From an uncultured bacterium (GTDB taxonomy: Bacteria > Bacillota_I > Bacilli_A > RFN20 > CAG-826), in contig CASFCI010000003.1 in assembly GCA_949293175.1 (NCBI GenBank), forward strand, positions 78,899-142,898: DNA of 64,000 bases, in the 5' to 3' direction. Under the pieces are notes generated by a model. The model searched no databases. It was not told the DNA's origin and was given only the letters and a program-made list of their open reading frames with translations. This document shows positions 45,609-55,149 of this stretch, one piece after another (position 1 is the stretch's first letter; each line of letters begins with the position of its first letter). Position numbers and translations under genes: made by a program.

Positions 45609-46363
45609 GGATCGTTTCGTATAACGTCAACGGCATCAGGGCCGCGATAAAGAAGGGGCTCGAAGAGAAGGTCCTTTCGCTCTACCCAGACGTCTTGTTC
45701 ATCCAGGAGACCAAGCTAAGCGACGACTCGATGCCGCTTAGCCTGCCGGGATACCATTGCTACTCCACCCATTCCAAGGTCAGGAAGGGGTATTCGGGGA
45801 CCGCGGTCTTCGCTAGGGAAGAGCCGGTCTCGGTCCGTTATGGGTTAGAGAACGGCGAATACGACGACGAGGGAAGGATAATAACGCTTGAATATCCTTC
45901 TTTTTACCTAGTCGGGGCCTATGTGCCGAACTCCGGGGAGGGGCTAAAGCGCCTATCCTTCCGGATGGATTTCGAGGATGCCATGAGGGCTTACCTAAAT
46001 AAGCTGAGCGCCGCAAAGCCGCTTGTTTACTGCGGGGACCTCAACGTCGCCCACGAGGAGATCGACATCAAGAACCCCAAGGCCAACATCCGTAACGCCG
46101 GCTTCACCATCGAGGAGCGGAACAAGATGAGCGAGCTGCTCTCCGGACCCTTCGTCGACGCCTTCCGCTACCTATACCCGGACAAGGTCGCCTACTCCTG
46201 GTGGAGCTACCGCTTCCACGCCAAGGAAAACGACGCCGGCTGGCGCATCGACTGCTTCATAGTGTCGGATTCGATCAAAGGCAAGATCAAATCGTCATCG
46301 ATGGCCCGCGAGTTCGATTGCTCCGACCACTGCCCGATTATCCTCGACATCGACCTTCAGTAG
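45605..46363 (+). CDS. xth: exodeoxyribonuclease III (AP endonuclease)
   Basis: MRIVSYNVNGIRAA... at the N-terminus and the C-terminal DHCPI motif of the EEP family. 252 aa. Confidence 0.85.
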   Translation: MRIVSYNVNGIRAAIKKGLEEKVLSLYPDVLFIQETKLSDDSMPLSLPGYHCYSTHSKVRKGYSGTAVFAREEPVSVRYGLENGEYDDEGRIITLEYPSFYLVGAYVPNSGEGLKRLSFRMDFEDAMRAYLNKLSAAKPLVYCGDLNVAHEEIDIKNPKANIRNAGFTIEERNKMSELLSGPFVDAFRYLYPDKVAYSWWSYRFHAKENDAGWRIDCFIVSDSIKGKIKSSSMAREFDCSDHCPIILDIDLQ

Positions 46364-47031
46364 ACGTAGAAGTAAAGGCTGCAGAACATCAGTATCGCCC
46401 CGGCCAGCACGAAGAAATGGAACACCGTGTGGAACCAGAGGTTCTTTTTGCCGCCTAGCCCATAGAGCACCGCGCCGATCCAATAGGCGACGCCGCCGGA
46501 GGCGAGCAGCACCACCGCCTCCCATTTTAGGGCGAGTATCAAAGGATAGAAGGCCAAGACGATGGTCGAGCCAAGTATCACGTAGAGGGCCACCACGACC
46601 GTGTTGAACTTCTTTAGGCTAACCGAATTGAGCGCTATCCCGGTTATGCAGCCGGCATAGACGATGGCTAGTATCACATACCCCCAGGGGAAGCTTTGCC
46701 CAGGCACGGAGTGAAGCCCAACCAGGCAATATGGGGTATAGGTCCCCATGATGGGGAGGAAGACGAAGTCGTGGTCGAGGACCCGGAGCACCTTCTTGCC
46801 CCTGTTTTTGGCGAGGCTATGGTAAAGGCAGCTCATCAAAAACATCAGGAAGACGCCGACGACGTAGATGCAGGCCGACATTATGCCGACCCAATCGCTG
46901 GTTCGGCAGGCTTTGTCGATAAGGAAACCGCCGCCGATGAGGGCGAGTACGGCGCCCAGTCCATGGCTTATGGCGTTCCACAGTTCCTGGCTTAGGCGGT
47001 ATGGGGGTAGGTTCAGCTTGTGTTTTCCCAT
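46357..47031 (-). CDS. hemolysin III / PAQR family membrane protein
   Basis: N-terminal NAISHGLGAVLALIGGGFLI and seven TM helices. 224 aa. Confidence 0.8.
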   Translation of the reverse strand: MGKHKLNLPPYRLSQELWNAISHGLGAVLALIGGGFLIDKACRTSDWVGIMSACIYVVGVFLMFLMSCLYHSLAKNRGKKVLRVLDHDFVFLPIMGTYTPYCLVGLHSVPGQSFPWGYVILAIVYAGCITGIALNSVSLKKFNTVVVALYVILGSTIVLAFYPLILALKWEAVVLLASGGVAYWIGAVLYGLGGKKNLWFHTVFHFFVLAGAILMFCSLYFYVY

Positions 47032-47097
47032 GCCAAAATCATACCTACCTAGTATGAAATGTCAAGCCATCTAGTTTTAATTACTAGTTGTATTTCA

Positions 47098-47964
47098 TTA
47101 AATGATTCCTAGTATTGAAAATAGTTCAAATAGATTGGTGCCCAAATTATCGTAAAGGTCGGGGAAAGTCGTGGCGAAGCCTTTGGCCCGCTCCGCGCCT
47201 TTCTTGATGTTTGGATAGTATAGTTCCATGAACTTGGCGCTGGATATCCTCTTCGCGTGGTGAGCTGCCTCAGACAAAGCTTTGCTCACCGCCGTATGCT
47301 TATCGGATACGCGTCTATTCGCTTTGAAGCCCTCCATCTCCTGCTCGTTATAAGCACTTTTGACATCGCAGACATGAAGCAGGAGGAAAAACTCGAAGCA
47401 GGGATTCGACAAAAACACGCGGTGCCCTTCGCCTTCGCACCTTTCCACGCATCCTGAAAGGAGCTGTTTGGGCCTAGATTTCTCATCACGGTCGAGGACC
47501 ACGCAGAAATATGTGCCTTCTGATTTCAAATCCGACAAGTACTTGCGGTAATCAAGATCTATTCCGGCCTGAAGCAAGTCCGCTTTGAGCTCTTTTGCTT
47601 TTGTTGGATCGACGCTACTAGGCTTCTTCAAATAAGAATCTATGAATTCATAACCATATTTATTCAAAATCCAGGCGACAGATTCATCAACCGGAAACGG
47701 CCCATTCTTTCTAGCATCAACCGCTTCTTCCAAAAGTTCGATGACGTGCTCTGGATCGCTATATCCATCGCCTCGTCGATGCCTGAGCGTCTCGATTTTG
47801 ATGACGCTATTATCCAAGCAGCCATTTAACGAGTTGAAGTAATCCACCTCGGTTTGGCTTCCTTCAACCGAAAGGAAAACAAGCTTCTTAAGCTGCCGTT
47901 TTTCCGACTCGTCTTTTCTTTCGAATGCCGATGATGTAAGACGAAACTTGCTTTTCACGGCCAT
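47098..47964 (-). CDS. RloB-like protein (AbiLii-like)
   Basis: KLVFLSVEGSQTEVDYFNSL matches the RloB N-terminal box (ILIVCEGEKTEPNYF). AT-rich. It starts 3 nt downstream of the ATPase gene. Confidence 0.6.
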   Translation of the reverse strand: MAVKSKFRLTSSAFERKDESEKRQLKKLVFLSVEGSQTEVDYFNSLNGCLDNSVIKIETLRHRRGDGYSDPEHVIELLEEAVDARKNGPFPVDESVAWILNKYGYEFIDSYLKKPSSVDPTKAKELKADLLQAGIDLDYRKYLSDLKSEGTYFCVVLDRDEKSRPKQLLSGCVERCEGEGHRVFLSNPCFEFFLLLHVCDVKSAYNEQEMEGFKANRRVSDKHTAVSKALSEAAHHAKRISSAKFMELYYPNIKKGAERAKGFATTFPDLYDNLGTNLFELFSILGII

Positions 47965-47967
47965 AGG

Positions 47968-49317
47968 TCAGTTAGTGTCCGCCTTTTCATCGGAAAGGAA
48001 TTTTGGTTTAAAGTTAGGGACCGCCCCGTATCTGCCGAGCAGGTATTCCTTCTCAATCTTCTTGTCGAAGCGCTCATTGAAGGCGTTAAGGGAATAGAGT
48101 TCGCTGCTGCAATCCTTTTTCCTATTGATGAACCATATTTCATCCTGCCTTAGGAAATCCAAATCCAGCAGATTCGTGTCGTGCGTAGTGGCGATCAGCT
48201 GCGATTTGACGCCTTTTGATATTTCGAAAAACCGATCTATGAATTCCTTCGTGGCCTCGGTGTGGAGGCTACGGTCCAATTCGTCTATGACAATGACCGA
48301 TTCTTCTGTAGCATCCCTAAAAATTGGTATCAACGAGAACAGCCTTTTGGTTCCGTCTGATTCATCGCCGAACTCAAAAAGATCTGATGAGTTCCCGTGG
48401 TTCGTCATGATCACATAGGCATTTATCTGGCCGCCTTCTTTAACGAATTCATACAAAGAGGAGTCAAGTTGGCATAAATACGACTTCCTCCCATTTAACG
48501 CGGAGAGTATATGGTCTATAGATTTCCCTAATTTTGAGGCGATTTTGCCGAAATCGACCGGTTTTCTAGATAAGGATTTTATCCCAGTATCGAAATACGA
48601 TAGGAGGTTCTCGACCTTTGTCTTATTGTCGCGATTCTCCAAAAGCTCCTCGATGCCCACGTATTTGACGTTGGGGAACAGCACGTAAAGACGCGTAAAC
48701 CATCCGAAGACATCGGCGAATGCTTGATAGGAATGGTTATCTGAAGGCGCCCTGAAGGCGATGTCGCTTAAGAAGAATCTCTGCTCCATCTTGTTGGATA
48801 AGAAGTCTTCTTTGTAAAGTTGGAATCTCATTTTCTCTTTAGGGCTGGAAAAAGAGAGGTCGGAGCGGATGCGGCAGACCCACGGGGCCGGATAGCTGCG
48901 CAGGAAGATGCACTTCTCATCATCCTGTTTGTCGATGTTGTATAGCCATTCCTCGACAATCGATTGCGATTGGTACGAAATGGCAAAGCCATAGGAATAG
49001 AAATGTCCGTTGGCGAATATATCGAACTGAAAAACGCCGGGCTTATCTTTGCAAGCGTCGTCTAGGCGAAAATACTTTTTGAAAACGCTTATCCTATCCA
49101 AGCCATATAACACTAACTGACTAGCAACGAAAATCGCCTTGACGAAATTGGATTTGCCGCTGGCGTTGGGCCCAAACAAAACAGCGCTTTTGAGAACCCT
49201 TTTCCCGTTGCACGAGACGACGTGGTCTGAATGGCGGACTATCTTGCTGGCCATCATATTGAATTCCGTCATGTCCTTGAATGAGGCAAAATTCTCAACA
49301 GCGAACCTAATTAGCAT
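47968..49317 (-). CDS. AAA_15/AAA_21-type ATP-binding protein (AbiLi-like)
   Basis: N-terminus MLIRFAVENFASFKD...AVLFGPNASGKSNFVKAI (P-loop) and a C-terminal IVIDELDRSLH Walker B/D-loop. 449 aa. Confidence 0.7.
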   Translation of the reverse strand: MLIRFAVENFASFKDMTEFNMMASKIVRHSDHVVSCNGKRVLKSAVLFGPNASGKSNFVKAIFVASQLVLYGLDRISVFKKYFRLDDACKDKPGVFQFDIFANGHFYSYGFAISYQSQSIVEEWLYNIDKQDDEKCIFLRSYPAPWVCRIRSDLSFSSPKEKMRFQLYKEDFLSNKMEQRFFLSDIAFRAPSDNHSYQAFADVFGWFTRLYVLFPNVKYVGIEELLENRDNKTKVENLLSYFDTGIKSLSRKPVDFGKIASKLGKSIDHILSALNGRKSYLCQLDSSLYEFVKEGGQINAYVIMTNHGNSSDLFEFGDESDGTKRLFSLIPIFRDATEESVIVIDELDRSLHTEATKEFIDRFFEISKGVKSQLIATTHDTNLLDLDFLRQDEIWFINRKKDCSSELYSLNAFNERFDKKIEKEYLLGRYGAVPNFKPKFLSDEKADTN

Positions 49318-49428
49318 TATCGTTTCTCCTTAGCGATTGCTATTTGTGATTTTTTCACAATTAGAAAATACAATGCAAATTAAGAAAATGCAAATGGTTA
49401 ATAACAGAAGTGAAATCGCTAGCGACAA

Positions 49429-50628
49429 TCAGGATATGCCTTTTATCGTCCCGCACACCCCGCGCCGCTGCTTATAGCGCACCGCCTCGTTGCATAAAGT
49501 CAGCACGACCAGGAAGGCCAATAGGTAATACGGGTAATAGACGAACCCGGCGTATTGCCCTATCACCCCGAATAGCGGCGAGGCCGAGACGTTGGATAGA
49601 TAGGCGCAGCCGATCTGCACCGCCATCACCGAGGCGCTGAATGAGGGGGTGAACCTCGTGGGCGTGGAATGGATGATCGATGGGTATACCGGGGCGCAGC
49701 CTAGCCCCACCAGCGATATCCCGACCGGCAGCAAATACGGATTGGCCCCGCCTAAGGCCAATAGCAGTATCCCGGCGGCGATTATGCCCTCGCCTATCCT
49801 CATCAGGTTGTGGTCCTTGATCTTCAGCGACAAGATGCCGGAGAGCATCCTGCCGGCGGTGATGGCGATGAAGAAGTAGCTGGCCCAGCGGCTGGCGACG
49901 TTCTCCTCTACCGCGAAGCCGAAGACCGCGTAGGAGGAGAACCAGTTTAGCGAGGTCTGCTCAACCGCGATGTAGCAGAAGAAGCCGATGACCGCGAGGG
50001 CGACGCCGTTGATGCGGAAGGTCTTGAAGAAGCCCAGCTTGGCGGATGCCTCCTCTTGTTCTAGCTCGTCGCGCTTGGAATCGACCTTGCGCCATATGGG
50101 GATGATAGAAAGGGCGATAAGGAATATGACGCCCTGGATGGCCCCAAGGGTCAAAGCCCCATATCGCCACCCCATCCCATTGGTGAGGAACTCGGAGATG
50201 ATAAGCGGCGACACCGCGGCCCCTAGCCCCCAGAAAGCGTGCAGGAAATTCAGCTGGATTGCCTTGTAGTTGTTCGCGACGTAGTTGTTGAGCGTCGCGT
50301 CTATCGCCCCGGCCCCGAGCCCAAGCGGCACGGCGGCCAGGCAAAGGTGGTAGAACTCCTTGGAGAAGAAAAAGCCCAATAGGCCGGTGACGGTCAGCAA
50401 TATAGAGACCACGACCGTCCCATATGGCTTGAGCTTCCTATTTAGCCATCCGGTGGCGAAGGAGCTTATTATCGTCCCAGCCGAGACGATGATGGTCACC
50501 GCCCCCTGCATGCCCTCGTCGACCTGCAGCTCGGCGGATATGACCGGCCAGCTTGAGCCGATCAAGGAATCGGGCAGGCCCAGCGAGATGAACACCAGAT
50601 ATATGACCGCGAGCAGCAAGACTGACAT
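49429..50628 (-). CDS. MFS transporter
   Basis: 399 aa and 12 TM helices. GC-rich host composition. Confidence 0.7.
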   Translation of the reverse strand: MSVLLLAVIYLVFISLGLPDSLIGSSWPVISAELQVDEGMQGAVTIIVSAGTIISSFATGWLNRKLKPYGTVVVSILLTVTGLLGFFFSKEFYHLCLAAVPLGLGAGAIDATLNNYVANNYKAIQLNFLHAFWGLGAAVSPLIISEFLTNGMGWRYGALTLGAIQGVIFLIALSIIPIWRKVDSKRDELEQEEASAKLGFFKTFRINGVALAVIGFFCYIAVEQTSLNWFSSYAVFGFAVEENVASRWASYFFIAITAGRMLSGILSLKIKDHNLMRIGEGIIAAGILLLALGGANPYLLPVGISLVGLGCAPVYPSIIHSTPTRFTPSFSASVMAVQIGCAYLSNVSASPLFGVIGQYAGFVYYPYYLLAFLVVLTLCNEAVRYKQRRGVCGTIKGIS

Positions 50629-50730
50629 ATCGGCCGGATTGTAGCCCGCAGACCGTTCTTATTCAAGCCCGCTTGGCAATCCCTTGTGGGATTGATGGGC
50701 AAGGAAGGATTAAGGTGCTAGACTTTATCA

Positions 50731-51321
50731 ATGCACATCACCGTCAGCGAGCAGGAAAGGCGATACCTATCATCGGTCGACCCGGACATGAAGCGGGCCT
50801 GCCGGATCATCGGGCCGATCGACCGCGAGATCGGAAGGACCTTGTTCGAGGGGATCGCACTGCAGATAGTCGCGCAGCAGATATCCAACGCCGCCTTCGC
50901 CTCCATAAGGGCGAGGCTGGGCGATGGGCTGCTATCAGCCGACAACGTCCTTGCATTGGGCAAGGCGACGCTCCGGTTCGCCGGGCTAAGCGAGGCCAAG
51001 GCGAATTGCCTGCTGGATGTCGCCGATAGGTTCAACCAAGGCTATTTCCGCGACCTTCCGCTTCTAGACGACGAGGCGGCTAGGCAGAAGCTCGTCGCCA
51101 TCAAGGGGATCGGCAGCTGGACCGCCGACATGGTGCTCATATTCGCCTTGGGAAGGAAGGATGTCTTCACCATCAAGGACGCCGGGATAAGGATTGGCCT
51201 GAGGAAGCTATATGGCTTCAAGACCATATCCGAGGCCAGGGCGGGGAAGCTTAGGAAAAAGTATTCTCCCTGCGCCACCGCGGCCTGCCTATTGCTTTGG
51301 GAAGCCGCCAAATGGGAATAA
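50731..51321 (+). CDS. HhH-GPD DNA glycosylase (AlkA/3-methyladenine glycosylase II-like)
   Basis: IKGIGSWTADMVLIFALGRKDVFTIKDAGIRIGL is a helix-hairpin-helix/GPD motif with the catalytic Asp. Confidence 0.7.
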   Translation: MHITVSEQERRYLSSVDPDMKRACRIIGPIDREIGRTLFEGIALQIVAQQISNAAFASIRARLGDGLLSADNVLALGKATLRFAGLSEAKANCLLDVADRFNQGYFRDLPLLDDEAARQKLVAIKGIGSWTADMVLIFALGRKDVFTIKDAGIRIGLRKLYGFKTISEARAGKLRKKYSPCATAACLLLWEAAKWE

Positions 51322-51323
51322 AA

Positions 51324-54293
51324 TCACTTTTTTATAACGCCTATTTCTGAAAAGGATTTTTCAAATAGTCTCAATCCGTTATCTTTGCTTGATTTCTCCA
51401 CTAATTTGTCGTCCCAGAAGCGGATAACCTTGATGTCGTTTGCATATTGAAAGTTTCTTACAACATTAGAAACGTTATACATATAGGTATCCGAAACGAA
51501 AGTGCTCTTTCTTACTAATTGCGATTTTTGATTTCGCTTAGCCGGAAAAGTCATTGAATAAAACTCGTTAATCACGTTTGAGCGCAAAAAGCGATCTAAT
51601 AAAGGGGGGCATTCTTCGGCGATAAGACTTCTAATAGAAGGATAAACTTCTTTATCAACAACTGAGACGGCATGATAAGGGATAAGTTTTCCGTCAAATG
51701 GGTTGAAGTAAAGATGATTGAAGAAATCGATATCTATTATGCAACCGTGAATCGTTCCGTATCCGCCAAACGATTTTACCCATTCAGATATTTTCTTTTG
51801 CTTTTCAAAATATGGCCCAAAATAAAGAGATATGCTCCTTTGAATTATTTCAAGTTTATCAAAAAAATATGTCAGAGGATGGCTTGGCACATTGCGAATC
51901 GCCCCACCGTTAAGTAATCTCAGTTCGCCTTTTTGGTTCGTCATCATGAAAAGGTGAACGCCAGACCGCTTTATCAAGTATAGTTTTTGATAATCCTGAA
52001 AGAAATCCATAGATATGGACATTCCTTGGCAAAAAGTCAGATAGTCCTCCCGACTTATCTCGTATATTCCGTCAGAATATGTATCAAACCAATTAGATTT
52101 CTTGTTTAAATAGAAGTACTTAAATTGTACTTTGCGTGGCCCGTATCCAACTTGATTGTCGGCAATTACTCTAGATTGCCCATTATCAAAATAAAACTGG
52201 CGATGATCGTGGCCGTGTACATAGACAACTCCAGGATCCATATCTTTCTTCTCGATAAAATCGAAAGTTGGAATATGCGTAACGACAACAAGGTTTCTAC
52301 CTCTCTCTGCAATGGCGACTTTTTTGTACAAATCATGAAAAGCTTGAATTGCGTTAGAATGATCATTATTCCCAAACAAAGATCCATATCCTCCAAATAT
52401 GACAAGCTTTGAACCCCTTGTCATGCCGCGCAATTCTTCCGTGCTAAGAGAAATCAGTTTCGTGGTTGGAATATTTTGAATTAATCCATTTTCAGAAATG
52501 TAATAAAGTTCATTCTCAACAAGATAAATACCGTTTTTTTCTGCCTCCGCTCGATGTTTTTCGATAGATTGAGAAATTGAAACTATAGGCTTGGACATAA
52601 GCAATTCATGATTGCCTAAAACAAGGAAAGTTTTTCCTTTGCACTTATATTTTCCCAATGCCTTTAAGAATATTTTGAAATCATCGAATGGGGCGGCAAT
52701 GTCTCCAGCAATAAGATTAATGTCATAGCTAGAACTTGAAGAAAGAGATGATGCAGTCTCGTAAGCGACTCTCGTCTTATCTCCAATGCTTTTGCATTTC
52801 TTGTCAAAAAACTTATTTGTAATATGTATATCGCTGATATATCCAACGCATATTTCTTCGTTTGAATAATCAAATTTTTCGGAAGGAGGTAATTCTTCGT
52901 GAACTATATTATTTGGCAATTTCTCGTTTTCCTCTGAGTCTTTGCTACGATTAAGGCTTTCTTCCAAAACCTCGCTTGGTTCAAACGACAAACCAAGGGC
53001 TATAGAAGAGCTCGTTGTCATCTCCGCCCCTTCTAAGTTTAGGGATTTGACATCGGTAAGCCTTTCCAAACCGTCACATAAAACCAAATCTGCTTTTGAC
53101 AAATCGCCTTTGAGAAAGTGAGCAAAATCACAGAAATAAGAAAATTTAAACTGGTGTCTATATACTTCTTCCCCCGATGAGTTAATCCAGCACAAAGTTA
53201 CAACAAAGTTTTCCCCATTGTATTCTTTCTCTACCTTTCGTTTTAGTTTGAGAGAAAGCAATGGCATGATGGTAGAGTTATCAGTCTCGCATTTTGATAT
53301 ATCCGAAGAAAGAATTGGAAGTTTTGAAAGATCTAGACCTTTCAAATTATATTTTAAAAATTTTGACAAACATTCGAAATCGAAAAAGTCAAAATTTATG
53401 AAAATATTTGTGTTTTTCCATATTATTCTGCCGAAGAATCTATATAATCCAGTTTTACGATCGAGATCTATATTCCGATCTTCAGCCGCTTTGGATAGTA
53501 TAGCTTTAATAAATCTACGGTACTTGTTTTTCAAATATTCCGATAACTTCAACTCTTTGATTAAATTTAATAATTCTGAAGAATATCTCGCTCCAAACAG
53601 GTATGCCAGCTCTTCGAATGCAATTCCTTTTTCTCCACATTTAGCTAAGCTATTAGCACGGCAACACTGAATAAGCGGAATGGCCAACCCGTCACCATAT
53701 TTCTCGTAAAGCATGCCTAGAGGCGAAAAAACATTGCCAATGCTGAAATATGAGTGAATGATTTCAAGTAGCCTTTTTTCGCTTGGAACGTCATGCGGCA
53801 AATTTTCATACCAGCTTTGCGCTTTCTTAGGTATGTAATAAGGGCTTGACTTATCAGCCGATAAAATGGAATCAAGACTTATGCTATCTATATCGTAATC
53901 AATATAGGAATCAAAATTCATTTTTCGGATATCAGCCTTGCATTTTTTAATTTGTGCGGGTTGAATTGTCATTCCGAAATAACACGCATCTTCGTAAATG
54001 TTCCCTTTAAAATATTTTAAAAAAGCGTTAAATTCCGTGAAAGTAGATATCTTAAATTGGACATCTAGCGGTGAAGAAAAATCATAATTCTCAAAGAAAA
54101 ACTTTCCTTTGAGCACATCATATCCCATCCTTCCAACAAAAATATCGTTTTTCCAAGATGAGTTCTGTATAAATTGTGCTACTTCGTGCCGAGAAGCGTA
54201 ATCCAAATCTTCAAAATGATTATTTAATCCAGTAATCATTTTTATATATTTGGATAATTTGCAAATGCGTTGCCGACGGCCAAGTCCTAACAT
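51324..54293 (-). CDS. 989-aa orphan protein with central calcineurin-like metallophosphoesterase domain and pentapeptide-repeat-like region (candidate defense/nuclease)
   Basis: AT-rich. The metallophosphoesterase motifs are GYISDIHIT, IAGDIAAPFDDF, LGNHELL, VVVTHIP and VHGHDH. An upstream block resembles pentapeptide repeats (KADLVLCDGLERLTDVKSLNLEGAEM). The N- and C-terminal regions are unassignable. Confidence 0.55.
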   Translation of the reverse strand: MLGLGRRQRICKLSKYIKMITGLNNHFEDLDYASRHEVAQFIQNSSWKNDIFVGRMGYDVLKGKFFFENYDFSSPLDVQFKISTFTEFNAFLKYFKGNIYEDACYFGMTIQPAQIKKCKADIRKMNFDSYIDYDIDSISLDSILSADKSSPYYIPKKAQSWYENLPHDVPSEKRLLEIIHSYFSIGNVFSPLGMLYEKYGDGLAIPLIQCCRANSLAKCGEKGIAFEELAYLFGARYSSELLNLIKELKLSEYLKNKYRRFIKAILSKAAEDRNIDLDRKTGLYRFFGRIIWKNTNIFINFDFFDFECLSKFLKYNLKGLDLSKLPILSSDISKCETDNSTIMPLLSLKLKRKVEKEYNGENFVVTLCWINSSGEEVYRHQFKFSYFCDFAHFLKGDLSKADLVLCDGLERLTDVKSLNLEGAEMTTSSSIALGLSFEPSEVLEESLNRSKDSEENEKLPNNIVHEELPPSEKFDYSNEEICVGYISDIHITNKFFDKKCKSIGDKTRVAYETASSLSSSSSYDINLIAGDIAAPFDDFKIFLKALGKYKCKGKTFLVLGNHELLMSKPIVSISQSIEKHRAEAEKNGIYLVENELYYISENGLIQNIPTTKLISLSTEELRGMTRGSKLVIFGGYGSLFGNNDHSNAIQAFHDLYKKVAIAERGRNLVVVTHIPTFDFIEKKDMDPGVVYVHGHDHRQFYFDNGQSRVIADNQVGYGPRKVQFKYFYLNKKSNWFDTYSDGIYEISREDYLTFCQGMSISMDFFQDYQKLYLIKRSGVHLFMMTNQKGELRLLNGGAIRNVPSHPLTYFFDKLEIIQRSISLYFGPYFEKQKKISEWVKSFGGYGTIHGCIIDIDFFNHLYFNPFDGKLIPYHAVSVVDKEVYPSIRSLIAEECPPLLDRFLRSNVINEFYSMTFPAKRNQKSQLVRKSTFVSDTYMYNVSNVVRNFQYANDIKVIRFWDDKLVEKSSKDNGLRLFEKSFSEIGVIKK

Positions 54294-54321
54294 ATTGAGA
54301 TTTTAGCAAACCATATATAAT

Positions 54322-54356
54322 CTTTAAACTCAAAACCCTCCTTGGAAGGAGGGGCA
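54322..54356 (-). terminator. rho-independent terminator of the aldo/keto reductase gene
   Basis: CCCTCCTTggAAGGAGGG hairpin with a T-run on the minus strand. Confidence 0.6.
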
Positions 54357-54375
54357 AAGATGGCCTTAGCTTTTT

Positions 54376-55149
54376 CTAATACAATAAGTCGAACACCTCG
54401 TCGGCGCTTAGGTCGAGGTCGGCGGGGATGTTCTCCCGCAGATGCTCTTCCGAGGTCGCCTTGCATATCGGGGTGGTCCCGATCTGGGCGAGGAAGCTCA
54501 TGGCTAAGGTGGTGAGGGGAACGCCGTGCTCCTTGGCCATCTTCTGCAGGCCCTCGTCGCTTAGCAGCTTCCCATGACCCAAGGGGCTATAGGCCTCGAT
54601 CTTGATCCCCTTTCCCTTGCAGAACTCTAGCAGGTCGCTATCGACGTTGTGGGCGTGGCAGCAGATCTGGTTCACGTAGGGCTTGATCGAGCAATGGGCG
54701 AGGATGTTCTCTAGATCGGCAATCGAGAAGTTCGAGACGCCGATGTGGGCGACCTTTCCCTCCCTCACCGCCTCTTCCATGGCCTTATAGACCTCGAGGT
54801 TCTCCTGGTGGAAATCGCCGCGGTTGGGGTCGTACATAATCGCCCAGGGCGCCGGGGCGTGGATAAGCAATAGGTCGATGTAGGGGGTGTCTAGCTTCCT
54901 AAGCGACTCCTCGATGCTCTTCTTGGCCTCGTCGTAGCTCTTTATCTCGGCGGCGACTTTGGTCGATAGGAAGACGCTTCCCCTATCGAGGCCCTTGATG
55001 GCCTTCCCCAGTGCCTCCTCGTTATCGTAGGCCTGGGCGCAGTCGAAAAGGCGGTACCCCAGCTTATAGGCGGTGGGGATGGCGGAGAGGACGTCCTCGT
55101 CCTTCATCATCCAAGTCCCCAGTCCGAATCTTGGCAGATCCATATTCAC
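54376..55149 (-). CDS. aldo/keto reductase
   Basis: LGTWMM, the catalytic tetrad region and the C-terminal IPKS-like motif, as in 2,5-diketo-D-gluconate reductase-type AKRs. Confidence 0.75.
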   Translation of the reverse strand: MNMDLPRFGLGTWMMKDEDVLSAIPTAYKLGYRLFDCAQAYDNEEALGKAIKGLDRGSVFLSTKVAAEIKSYDEAKKSIEESLRKLDTPYIDLLLIHAPAPWAIMYDPNRGDFHQENLEVYKAMEEAVREGKVAHIGVSNFSIADLENILAHCSIKPYVNQICCHAHNVDSDLLEFCKGKGIKIEAYSPLGHGKLLSDEGLQKMAKEHGVPLTTLAMSFLAQIGTTPICKATSEEHLRENIPADLDLSADEVFDLLY

